Source: Tepidisphaera sp.
GTDB taxonomy: Bacteria > Planctomycetota > Phycisphaerae > Phycisphaerales > UBA1924
Direction: 5' to 3'
Length of the DNA: 64,000 nucleotides
NCBI GenBank assembly: GCA_050916045.1
Contig: CP051526.1
Coordinates: 448,001-512,000, forward strand
Shown: positions 37,418 to 48,402 of the stretch, one piece after another
Layout: every line of letters starts with the position of its first letter
Position numbering within the stretch: position 1 is the stretch's first letter
Program-made: the position numbers and the translations under genes
The notes under the pieces: generated by a model
What the model was told of the DNA's origin: nothing
The model's input: the letters and a program-made list of their open reading frames with translations, nothing else
Database searches by the model: none

Positions 37418-39223
37418 TCAATCGTCGAAGTACGTCTCGGCGTCGTCCGCGAACTGTGCCAGTTCTTCCGGCGAAAGCTCGCGGTCGATGAGGTCGTCGG
37501 TGCGGGCGTCGGGCGTCGCGCCGGCTTTGGCCATCTTCTTCTGCCAGACGCCGGCGTTCTTGTCGGGGACCGGCGCGAGGTGCATGTGCTTGCCCTTCTT
37601 GCGCTGGACACCCTCGCGGGTCTCGACCATCGCTTCGGGGTCCATCGGGATGTCGTCCTCGCGCTGGCGACGTGCCCGAACCACGATCCGCATCGGGACC
37701 TCGACGAACGGAAGCTCCTCGCGGAACCGGTTCATCAGGAACCGCAGGAACCCCGGACGGAAAAGCTCCGGATGGTTCACGACAAGCGTGATCGTGGGCG
37801 GGCTGTGCCACGTCTGGGCGACGTAAAGCACCTTCGCGTGCGTCCCCTTCGTGTCCGTCGGGGCGCTCTTCTCCATGATCTTGCGCACGATCCGGTTCAG
37901 CTTGCCCGTCGTCACGCGTTCGGCCGCCTGCTCCTTGAGGTCCATCGCGAGCTTGAGCGTCTGCTTGACGTTCCGCCCGCTTTTGCCTGAGATGAACGCG
38001 ATCGGAGCGTACGTGAGGCCGCCGAGCTCCTTGCGGAGGTAGTCCTCGTAGTCGCCGGTCACGACGGGCAAGCCCTTCTTGTTCGGCTTGCCCTCCGCCA
38101 GGTCCCACTTGCTCACGACGATGATCGTCGGCTTGTAGCCTTTCTGACAGAGCATCGCGACCTGCTCATCGACCTGGCTCACCTTCTCGGTGGCGTCGAT
38201 CATGAGGAGGACGACATCGGCCCGTTCGATGGCCCGCTGAACGCGGTCGAAAGCGAAGTGCTCGACCATGCTCTGGAAGCTCTTGGCGCGGCGGACGCCG
38301 GCGGTGTCGATCGCGAGCACGCTCTTGCGAATGGGCTTGCCATCCTCGCCCGTGCCCATGTCCATATCGAAGTGGACGTCGATGGCGTCGCGCGTGGTGC
38401 CGGCGATTTCGGAGACGATGACACGCGGCTCACCCGCGAGAGTGTTGATGAGGGTGCTCTTGCCGGCGTTGCGTTTGCCGACGATGGCGATCTTGAGGTC
38501 GGCCTGGGCTTCGAGATGTTTGCTCGGGATGGGAAGCATGTCGAAGATGCGGTCCATGAACTCGCGGCGCATGTAGTTGTTCTTGGCGGAGACGACGATG
38601 GGTTCGCCGAAACCCAAGCCCGCGGCTTCGGCCGCGTGGGCTTCCCACTTGGGGCCGTCGGTCTTGTTGGTGACGACTTGGATGGGCGGGATCTTGAACC
38701 CTGCGGCTTTCTTGCCGGCTTTCTTGGTCGTCTTCTTGGTGCCCTTGGCGTCGGGGTCGGCTTCGGGGACGTTTTTCTTGGTGGTCTGCTTGTGCTGGGG
38801 CCCGAGCTTGCCCTCGCGGAGGAGCTTGGCGATGGCTTCATCCTGCGGGGTCACGCCGGACTGGGCGTCGAGGACGAAGAGGACCAGGTCCGCGCCATGG
38901 ACGGCTTCGGCGATCTGGAACTCAATCGAGTTGGTGAGCGTGTGAAGGTCGGCGCCGACCTCGTCGAAGCGTTCGCCCGGGGCGGTGTACGCGCCGAACC
39001 CGCCGGTGTCGACGAACTCGACCGTCTTGGGCTTGTCGTCGCGGTCGTTGCGATCGCCCTTGAACTTGACGGGAGGGTCAAGCACAACGATGGCGGAGAC
39101 GCGGTCCCGCGTCACGCCTGGGGTGGGATCGACGATGGAGACCTTCGCCCCCGCGATCATGTTCATGATGGAGGACTTGCCGACGTTGGGTCGGCCGACG
39201 ATAGCAACACGAGGAATAGGCAC
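37418..39223 (-). CDS. der: Ribosome biogenesis GTPase Der (EngA)
   Basis: Two G domains (GRPNVGKS/GVTRD/DTGG/NKTD and GKRNAGKS/GTTRD/DTAG/SKWD) plus a KH-like domain; GTG start at VPIPRVAIV. Confidence 0.96.
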   Translation of the reverse strand: MPIPRVAIVGRPNVGKSSIMNMIAGAKVSIVDPTPGVTRDRVSAIVVLDPPVKFKGDRNDRDDKPKTVEFVDTGGFGAYTAPGERFDEVGADLHTLTNSIEFQIAEAVHGADLVLFVLDAQSGVTPQDEAIAKLLREGKLGPQHKQTTKKNVPEADPDAKGTKKTTKKAGKKAAGFKIPPIQVVTNKTDGPKWEAHAAEAAGLGFGEPIVVSAKNNYMRREFMDRIFDMLPIPSKHLEAQADLKIAIVGKRNAGKSTLINTLAGEPRVIVSEIAGTTRDAIDVHFDMDMGTGEDGKPIRKSVLAIDTAGVRRAKSFQSMVEHFAFDRVQRAIERADVVLLMIDATEKVSQVDEQVAMLCQKGYKPTIIVVSKWDLAEGKPNKKGLPVVTGDYEDYLRKELGGLTYAPIAFISGKSGRNVKQTLKLAMDLKEQAAERVTTGKLNRIVRKIMEKSAPTDTKGTHAKVLYVAQTWHSPPTITLVVNHPELFRPGFLRFLMNRFREELPFVEVPMRIVVRARRQREDDIPMDPEAMVETREGVQRKKGKHMHLAPVPDKNAGVWQKKMAKAGATPDARTDDLIDRELSPEELAQFADDAETYFDD

Positions 39224-39252
39224 GAAGCAAGGGTAGGGGGGCTGGCCGCCGT

Positions 39253-40461
39253 TTACTTGCCCTCGATCTTCACCGAAACAAGCTTCCGCCCCCGGATTTC
39301 TTCGCTTCCAAGCTGCCCGCACGCGCCCATCAGGTCGCGGCCCTTGGTCCGCCGACGCTTGGTGTAGACCCCCTGGTCCGTCAGCCAGAACATGAACTGA
39401 TCCACCGATTCCCATGTCGGCGCCGGCCACGGCGAGTTCCGACGCGGGTTGTACGGGATCAGGTTCACCATGCACCGCACCGAGCGGCCCTCGCGTTCGC
39501 CGCGAGCCGTCTCGTAATGCGCGTTCAGCGGCGCGATGAACTCCGCGATCTGCTTGGCGTGCTCGAACCCGTCGTTCACGCCCGGGATCAGCACGTACTC
39601 GATGCAAAGCTTGCCCCCGCCGTAGATCGGGAACCCAAGCAGCGATTCCTGCAGGGCCGCCATGTTCCACTTGCGGTTGATCGGCATGATCTCCGACCGG
39701 ATCGCGTCGTTCGGCGCGTTCAGCGACACCGCGAGGTTCAGGCGGTGCCATCCCGGCTGGTGAAGCTGCTCGCCAAGACGCTTGATCCCGTCCACGCGGC
39801 CGACCGTCGAGACCGTGATCTTCGAGATCGGCAAGCTCGGCCCGTTGTGGTCCTTGAGCACCGCGATCGCTTTGATCACGTTCTCGATGTTGTCCATGGG
39901 CTCGCCCATCCCCATGAACACGATGTTCGAGGGCCGCTGACCGATGGCGAAGGTCGCCGCGTACCACTGGGCGACGATCTCTTCGGGCGTCAGGTGGCGG
40001 ATGAGGCCCATCTGGGCCGTCTCGCAGAACCCGCAGCCCATCGCGCACCCCACCTGCGAGCTGACGCACAGGGTGTACGTCCGCACCTGCCGCTTGCCGA
40101 TCATCGGGATCAGCACGCTCTCGGTCGAGAGGTCGTCAAAGACGCGGGCGGTGTCGCCGGTGCCGACCATCGCGCCCGGGACGCGCTGGGTGAACTTCAC
40201 GACCTCACCCTCCGGGCTTGGTTCCCTCTGGAGGGTTCGGGTATCGGGCTTTACGAATCCCGGCAGGGCCTGAAGGATGCCGGACGCGTCGCCGTTTCTG
40301 AACAGAGCCCGGTAGGCTTCGAGGGCGCCCGCTTGCCCGCCCATCCCATCCAAAACGATCCGCCCCGCGGCCGCGCGGGCGAAGTCGTGGGAGGTCGTCC
40401 CGAAAGGATGGGGAACGGCATTCTCAAGCAAGGGACCCAGAGGGTAGAAGGGCTGCCCCAT
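39253..40461 (-). CDS. rlmN: 23S rRNA (adenine(2503)-C2)-methyltransferase / dual-specificity radical SAM methyltransferase
   Basis: TLCVSSQVGCAMGCGFC, VFMGMGEP, VSTVG, AVSLNAP, EYVLI, VNLIPYNP and GACGQL; divergent N-terminus. Confidence 0.9.
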   Translation of the reverse strand: MGQPFYPLGPLLENAVPHPFGTTSHDFARAAAGRIVLDGMGGQAGALEAYRALFRNGDASGILQALPGFVKPDTRTLQREPSPEGEVVKFTQRVPGAMVGTGDTARVFDDLSTESVLIPMIGKRQVRTYTLCVSSQVGCAMGCGFCETAQMGLIRHLTPEEIVAQWYAATFAIGQRPSNIVFMGMGEPMDNIENVIKAIAVLKDHNGPSLPISKITVSTVGRVDGIKRLGEQLHQPGWHRLNLAVSLNAPNDAIRSEIMPINRKWNMAALQESLLGFPIYGGGKLCIEYVLIPGVNDGFEHAKQIAEFIAPLNAHYETARGEREGRSVRCMVNLIPYNPRRNSPWPAPTWESVDQFMFWLTDQGVYTKRRRTKGRDLMGACGQLGSEEIRGRKLVSVKIEGK

Positions 40462-40580
40462 CGGCGACGGACGCCGCTCCCACCCCCTCCGGCTGGGTCC
40501 GGTCCCCGCCAGCATGTCACCCGGCCCGACGTCGTCCGCAAAATGTGGGATCCCACACCATGGAAGTATGTTTCATGAGG

Positions 40581-40616
40581 GAATCTGCTTGCTCATCCCT
40601 GTGGATCCTGTATGCT
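40581..40616 (+). promoter_or_regulatory. Sigma70-like promoter of the prepilin gene pair
   Basis: TTGCTC-N16-TATGCT, preceded by GAATCTGC. Confidence 0.55.
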
Positions 40617-40669
40617 CCCCGTGGGGAGTCCCGGTGTCTCGGGCAGTGGGTTGACTTGGGAAAACGTGC

Positions 40670-41578
40670 ATGGATCGTAAACGGAGACGTTCCGCCTTTA
40701 CGTTGATCGAGTTGCTGGTGGTGATTTCCATCGTCGCCCTGCTCATCAGCTTGCTGCTCCCCGCGCTGTCGAAAGCGCGAGCGGTGGCGCAGCAGGCCAA
40801 GTGCCAGATCCACGTCAAGCAGATCGTGACCGCCGCGTACCTCTACGCTCAGGACCACAAGGAGCAGTTCTGGCCCGTCTCCGATCGGCTTACCTGGCCC
40901 AACGGCCGCCGCAACTGGCCCACGCCTCCGAACCAGCGACCGGGTGACCCGCCTCCCACGGACGTGGCGTACTGGGCCCAGCTCGTCGATCGCGTCACCC
41001 GTGATCGCAAGCCGGGTTTCCTCTTCAGCTACGTGCAGAACGCCCACAAGATCGTCGAATGCCCGACGAACAAGCGGGCCGTGCCGACGACAACTGAGTA
41101 CAACAACCTCTGGGGCGGCACCACCGGTGTGGAGTTCGACTTCACGATGCTCGACGAGGTGGAAGGGTTCCGCCTTGGAAGCTCGATCCAGGTGGGCTTC
41201 CTGCCCCCCGCGTCCAACAACGCCGCGCGGATCCTGAGCACGGCGCAGGCCCAGACCCTCACGCTGCTCCCCTCGGTCCCGCTTTTCTTCGAGGAATCAA
41301 GCTTCCGGTACAACCAGCAGTTCCGCGACGGGATGTTCGGCAACGAGGACCAGGTCGCTTCCCGCCACAACCGCTCGGGACACGTGGGCTACGTCGACGG
41401 GTCGGCTTCGCTCTTCCCCGGCTGGAACGACGGCAAGGAACAAATCGTGGACCGCACGACAGAATTTGAGTGTCTGGATCTCTACGCGACGGCAGGGTCG
41501 CGGTGGGTCTCGATTTCGGACAACGACTGGCGATTCAACGTCATTCAGGGATTCGGCTGGATCAACAACCCGAAGTAA
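40670..41578 (+). CDS. Prepilin-type N-terminal cleavage/methylation protein with H-X9-DG motif (DUF1559-like)
   Basis: [50 protein letters not shown]. Confidence 0.92.
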   Translation: MDRKRRRSAFTLIELLVVISIVALLISLLLPALSKARAVAQQAKCQIHVKQIVTAAYLYAQDHKEQFWPVSDRLTWPNGRRNWPTPPNQRPGDPPPTDVAYWAQLVDRVTRDRKPGFLFSYVQNAHKIVECPTNKRAVPTTTEYNNLWGGTTGVEFDFTMLDEVEGFRLGSSIQVGFLPPASNNAARILSTAQAQTLTLLPSVPLFFEESSFRYNQQFRDGMFGNEDQVASRHNRSGHVGYVDGSASLFPGWNDGKEQIVDRTTEFECLDLYATAGSRWVSISDNDWRFNVIQGFGWINNPK

Positions 41579-41612
41579 CGCCGCTCGCGGCTTTCTTGAG
41601 GAAAGTGGAACG

Positions 41613-42509
<897 letters not shown>

Positions 42510-42562
42510 GCCCGACCGGTCTGCGGCCGCCGACGACCGCGGAGACCGAAACCCAAAACAGA

Positions 42563-42592
42563 AAGAGCCGAGGCTTTCGGGCCTCGGCTCTT
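42563..42592. terminator. Probable bidirectional terminator between convergent prepilin genes
   Basis: AAGAGCCGAGGC-N6-GCCTCGGCTCTT, flanked by A-rich and T-rich tracts. Confidence 0.8.
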
Positions 42593-42620
42593 GTGTTTGG
42601 ATGCTTGATGGTCCGCCGGA

Positions 42621-43670
42621 TCAGTTCGTCATCGTGCTGCCCGGGCGGTAGGTCCAGGTGGCGGTGCCGGCGTAGTTCGACCAGCGGGTCATGTCGCGGA
42701 GTTCATCGATCTTGATGGACTCGACGTGGTTATCCATCATCGCGATGGTGACCTGCTCGAAGTACCGGGCATCCACCATGCCCCAGTCGCGAGCGACCGA
42801 GCGAGCGTTCCACTTGTCGGAAGCGACCCAGGCCGGGCCGGAGGCGGACCCGCCGCCACGCTGGCCGTTGGGGAACGCCCGGGGCGGGAGAACCTCGAAA
42901 TAGCCGGGGACCTTCTCGGTGGTTGCGCTGTCGGGCGGGGGGTTCGCGCCCCAGCCGGTTGCGCCCATGTTGCCTGCGACGTTGCCGATGTCGGCACCGC
43001 GCGAGCTGCAGAACAGCATGAGGCGGTTGGGCCGGGTCACCTCGTCGATGCGGCCGACGAAGAACTTGCCACCCAGGTTCAGCGGCATCGGGCCCGCCGA
43101 GGTCGCCGTCGCGTTGGGGTACGCACCCCGAAGATAATTGCCGCCGACGTACACCGAGTTCATGCCGAAGGTCGGATGGATGCCCATCGCCATCTGGTAC
43201 GAGTTGTTGTTGTCGTAGTTGTTGAAGCGGGAGTCGCTCTGGCCGTCGGGGGACTTCGTCCGCTCGTGGAACTTGGCGAACGTCGCGGGGTCGATCTGCA
43301 TCGCCTTGCCGAGGATGCCGTATTGCGCCAGACGCCACGTCCAGATCTTCGTCAGGCCGCCGCCCATGATCTTGCCCCGGTCCGTCTCATCGCCGGGAAG
43401 CGTGCGGACCTGGATGTTCTGGTACCCGTTGGCCGAGTGGGCCGCCCAGGCCCACGGGATGTACGAGGGCATGAACGACTCTTTGTTGCTCGCCGTGTAC
43501 AGCGCGTTCGCGGTGCCGTACTCGCGGGCGGCCGCTTTCTCGCGGAGCTGGCGGGCCAGCATGCGCGCCTTCGACAGCGCCGGGAGGAGAAGGCCGATCA
43601 GGAGCGCGATGATCGCGATCACGACCAACAGTTCGATCAAGGTAAAGGCGCGGCGGTCGGACATCTTCAT
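42621..43670 (-). CDS. Prepilin-type N-terminal cleavage/methylation protein
   Basis: [33 protein letters not shown]; degenerate Y-X9-DN motif near the C-terminus. Confidence 0.9.
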   Translation of the reverse strand: MKMSDRRAFTLIELLVVIAIIALLIGLLLPALSKARMLARQLREKAAAREYGTANALYTASNKESFMPSYIPWAWAAHSANGYQNIQVRTLPGDETDRGKIMGGGLTKIWTWRLAQYGILGKAMQIDPATFAKFHERTKSPDGQSDSRFNNYDNNNSYQMAMGIHPTFGMNSVYVGGNYLRGAYPNATATSAGPMPLNLGGKFFVGRIDEVTRPNRLMLFCSSRGADIGNVAGNMGATGWGANPPPDSATTEKVPGYFEVLPPRAFPNGQRGGGSASGPAWVASDKWNARSVARDWGMVDARYFEQVTIAMMDNHVESIKIDELRDMTRWSNYAGTATWTYRPGSTMTN

Positions 43671-43835
43671 CGCGAATCTCCATCGATACCCGAGCCGGTG
43701 ATGCAGGAATGCACTCCGGCTCTCTACAAACCCCGGAACCGATCGATCAGAACGATCGACCCGAACGATCACAGCAAACCAATCCCGGTCACCAATCCGT
43801 ACCGGTCCCTCGTCGCTGTCGGCCCACGAGCATCC

Positions 43836-43872
43836 AGTCTAACAGGTCGTTCGGATTTGGGCAACCATATTT
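43836..43872 (-). promoter_or_regulatory. Sigma70-like promoter of the third prepilin gene
   Basis: Minus strand TTGCCC-N17-TAGACT, preceded by an AT-rich tract. Confidence 0.5.
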
Positions 43873-44031
43873 CAACACAACCAACCCAAAATCCTTTCAG
43901 GTACCAAACAAATCAGACGAGCTCCCTCGCATCATCGTCCTGCGGGCGACCCGTGATACCCTCCGCCTCCGCCAAAGGTGGCGAAAAGCGGGGTGGGAAA
44001 CGGTCGGTCGGGTGGGCACGGGAGGTTTGGC

Positions 44032-45504
<1,473 letters not shown>

Positions 45505-45515
45505 AGGCGGGATCG

Positions 45516-45596
45516 AACGCAGAGGTCGCGGAGGAGCGCGGAGAAAAGCAGAGAAAGCTGGAGATCGCTCCGCGCGGCACGGGCATCCTGCCCGTG
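45516..45596. repeat. Purine-rich degenerate repeat followed by a REP-like hairpin
   Basis: ACGCAGAGG-TCGCGGAGG-AGCGCGGAG-AAAAGCAGAG units, then CACGGGCA-tcc-TGCCCGTG (45578-45596). Confidence 0.5.
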
Positions 45597-45760
45597 GATG
45601 GGCGCCGGAATCGCACGGAACCGCCAAGTCCCCCCATCCCCCACAACCCCCAACGCCGGGCCCACGGCCCTTATGGCCATGCCATCGGCGGCTTTCGCCG
45701 ATCGCATGCGATCATCCGTCGAGGCATCGGCAACGACCGCCGTTGACTCGGCGGGTGGGA

Positions 45761-45815
45761 GTGTGGGTTCGGCGTTGGGGGATGTGGGTTCGGCCCTGGG
45801 GGATGTGGGGGTGTC
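45761..45815 (+). repeat. Degenerate 21-bp tandem repeat (about 2.5 copies)
   Basis: GTGTGGGTTCGGCGTTGGGGG / ATGTGGGTTCGGCCCTGGGGG / ATGTGGGGGTGTC. Confidence 0.6.
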
Positions 45816-45948
45816 GGGACTTCTCGGACGCCCATTTCTTTCCCCGGAAGGAGCCTTTGTTCTGCACCCGCACGCGCGGACGCGCCGATCTTGAACGGGC
45901 GCGAATGACGAGTCTGTCCCCCGCGCCCCCACCCGTCCGGAGCTCTTT

Positions 45949-46656
45949 ATGCCGGTGCTGCCCGATGCCGATGCCAAGCTGATCCAGTTCTGCGAGCTGC
46001 GCGCGGCCGTCTGGGCCGATCCCGAGCCTCCCATCGCCATCGGCGTGACGCCCGCGCAGGCCCAGACGCTCGCCGCCAAAGCCAAGGCCGCCTGCGAGGC
46101 GTACGAGGCCGCCCGCATCGCCCGCGACGCCGCCAAGGCCGCGACGCTTCTGCTCAACGACGCGCTCGGAACGCTGCGGGAAGAGGCCGCGCCGCTGGTC
46201 GCGTCGGTCAAGGTCGCCGCCGCGCGGAACCGCGAGGTCTACGCCGCCGCCCGCATCGACCCCCCGCGAGCGCGCTCACCCCTGCCCCCGCCCCCCACGC
46301 CCACCGATATCTCCGCCCGGCCCGATGGTGCGGGCGGCGTCACGGTGCGCTTTGTCGCCCCGCGATCCGCCCCGACGAGCGGGGCTTCGTTCAGGATCAT
46401 GCGGTCGGTCCGCACGGCGGATGGCCGCAGCACCGATATGGTCGAGATCGGCGGCGTGCAGACCGTGCGGAGCATCGGGACCTTCGTGGATGCCCACCCC
46501 CACATCCCCCAAGGCGCGGTGTCGGCGGTGTACATGGTCATCGGCCGCAGGGGCGGGCGCGAAAGCGACCCGAGCAACGCGGTGTCGGTGGTGTTGGGGG
46601 CTGGCGGAGTGGGGGCGGTGGGGGTGGGGGAGGTTCGGAGGAAGGCCGCCGCGTGA
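45949..46656 (+). CDS. Hypothetical protein: Ala-rich helical N-domain + FN3-like C-domain
   Basis: GGAG RBS; helical AARIARDAAKAAT segment, Pro linker, then PTDISA...VTVRF...F.IMR...FVD...Y.VIGRRG..ESDPSN. Confidence 0.7.
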   Translation: MPVLPDADAKLIQFCELRAAVWADPEPPIAIGVTPAQAQTLAAKAKAACEAYEAARIARDAAKAATLLLNDALGTLREEAAPLVASVKVAAARNREVYAAARIDPPRARSPLPPPPTPTDISARPDGAGGVTVRFVAPRSAPTSGASFRIMRSVRTADGRSTDMVEIGGVQTVRSIGTFVDAHPHIPQGAVSAVYMVIGRRGGRESDPSNAVSVVLGAGGVGAVGVGEVRRKAAA

Positions 46657-46695
46657 GGCCGGGTGCACAGGGCCCGATGCCTCTAGACTGCCTTC

Positions 46696-47823
46696 ATGTC
46701 CAGCCTCACCATCCACGAACCCGGCAAGCTCGCGAGCGATCAGCGGGCCGTGTTCGAGCGGCTCAAGGCGATCCTCTCCGGGCCCGAGGCGGACAAGCGG
46801 TACAACGCGATCCCCGAATCGCGCAAGGGCAAGCTCATCAGCGTCGATGTGGCCCGGCTTGTCTCGCCGGAGTTCCAGACGTGGGACGCCAAGGTGCGGC
46901 ACACGCCTTCGACGGTGAACCCCGCTGGGGCGTACGCCCATGACCGGCTCTTGCGAGAACTCTCCAAGCCCCCCGCCAACAAGTCCGGGACCAAGCGCCT
47001 CGTCGTCACCGCGGGCGGGGCCGGGTCGGGGAAGACTTCGCTCCTGGCTTTAACGACGGACCCTGTGCAAGCCGACCTCATCTTCGACAACCAGCTCCGC
47101 GACTTCGCCCGGGCCAAGCAGATCCTCGAGACCGCCGCCAAGCATGGCTGGGAGACCGAGTTCTGGTACGTCCACCGCCCCTTCGCCGACACCGTGCGGG
47201 CCGTGATCGAGCGGAGCCAGCGGACGGGCCGGTGGAACATGCTCGCCGACCTCCCCCGCACGCACATCGAAGCCCAGGCGACGATCGTCCGCCTCCGACG
47301 CGAGTTCTACGAGACGCCCGGGATCAAGTTCCGCGCCCAGTACAACGCCTCTGCGGCGGCGGCCGGGTCGGCGTCTCAGCCCGCTTCCCATCCCAAGCGC
47401 GGCTCACGCGTCTTCTTCCGCGACCTCAAAGAAGGCGGCGTCTACCACCACAAGGATGAGAAAGCCATGCTCGCGATGATCCCGCCGATCCTCGCGAAAG
47501 CGATCAAGGACGGCCTCATCTGCGAGGAACTCGCCGCGATCATCGCGCCCCCAGCCGGGCCCGCCGCCTCTACCGCCGCCAAAGGCAAGCTCCCCCACGC
47601 CGCCAAGCCCAAACGCCGCCGCGGCCCCAAGCACCTCCCCGGCCACCTCGCCGGCCATCTCGCCAAAGCCGCCGCCGCCGGCGTCACGCCCGAAGAAGCC
47701 GAGTCCTTCCCCGCGTGGATGGAGAAACGCTTCGAGCGAGCGAAGAAGTCCTCCCAAAAGCTCGCGAAAGCCCGCGGCGACACGCTCAAAGTCGTCAAGG
47801 GCGTGGACATGAAGGGCGTCTAG
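46696..47823 (+). CDS. Zeta-toxin-like P-loop kinase with a low-complexity basic C-terminal tail
   Basis: LVVTAGGAGSGKT Walker A, LIFDNQL, FWYVHRP...VIERSQRTGR; TAGACT lies 6 nt before the ATG. Confidence 0.7.
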   Translation: MSSLTIHEPGKLASDQRAVFERLKAILSGPEADKRYNAIPESRKGKLISVDVARLVSPEFQTWDAKVRHTPSTVNPAGAYAHDRLLRELSKPPANKSGTKRLVVTAGGAGSGKTSLLALTTDPVQADLIFDNQLRDFARAKQILETAAKHGWETEFWYVHRPFADTVRAVIERSQRTGRWNMLADLPRTHIEAQATIVRLRREFYETPGIKFRAQYNASAAAAGSASQPASHPKRGSRVFFRDLKEGGVYHHKDEKAMLAMIPPILAKAIKDGLICEELAAIIAPPAGPAASTAAKGKLPHAAKPKRRRGPKHLPGHLAGHLAKAAAAGVTPEEAESFPAWMEKRFERAKKSSQKLAKARGDTLKVVKGVDMKGV

Positions 47824-48209
47824 CACACCCCGCAGATGAGCCCCGCCGCCGCCACCGACATCGCACTGAGCACGAACCACGCGACCACCATCGGCGAGCG
47901 TTCCTCATCGCCCACGATCATCGAGCCCATCGGCTTCTCGAACCGGTACCACACGCCGAAGAGGCCATCCTCTTGCCATCCCAGCACGATTCGCGAGACG
48001 GTGTACGAGCCGGCGACGAGGACGGCGTAGGTCAGGACCAAGGTCGAGCCCGACGATGACGTGTTCGCGAGCGCGATCAGCCCGACAAGAATCGATACGC
48101 CGACGACAAACGCTGCGGCTGCGAGGAGCGGGGTGTCCCACGTCGGCGGCGGCTTGCGATCCCCCGAAGGCCCGTCGTACTTCATCAGCATTCGTCCGCC
48201 GAGGGCCAT
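47820..48209 (-). CDS. Small hypothetical membrane protein (3 TM)
   Basis: 129-aa hydrophobic ORF; TATGCT lies 6 nt before the ATG; its stop overlaps the convergent gene by 4 nt. Confidence 0.65.
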   Translation of the reverse strand: MALGGRMLMKYDGPSGDRKPPPTWDTPLLAAAAFVVGVSILVGLIALANTSSSGSTLVLTYAVLVAGSYTVSRIVLGWQEDGLFGVWYRFEKPMGSMIVGDEERSPMVVAWFVLSAMSVAAAGLICGVC

Positions 48210-48326
48210 AACCCAAGCATACGGGCGGGCTCTCTCAGAATGAATCGACGGCCATCGGCCGATTGGAGGCAGATCCCTCGTATGAAAGGGGCGAGCCTCG
48301 CCTCAGAGCCGGCTTGGTTTGCTCGA

Positions 48327-48391
48327 TCCAGTCCCCAATCCAGTCCCCAATCAAGCCCCCACCCAAGCCCCCACCCAAGCCCCCACCCAAG
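48327..48391 (+). repeat. 12-bp tandem repeat (about 5.4 copies)
   Basis: TCCAGTCCCCAA x2, TCAAGCCCCCAC, CCAAGCCCCCAC x2, CCAAG. Confidence 0.85.
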
Positions 48392-48402
48392 AGAGGGTCT
48401 CT

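Noticed and set aside
37418..40069. 883-aa Der ORF
   Set aside because: The first ~280 codons are an alternative frame within rlmN; Der begins at the GTG at 39223.
45505..48400. Short repeats as a possible CRISPR array
   Set aside because: The units are adjacent, degenerate and lack unique spacers, and no cas genes are present.
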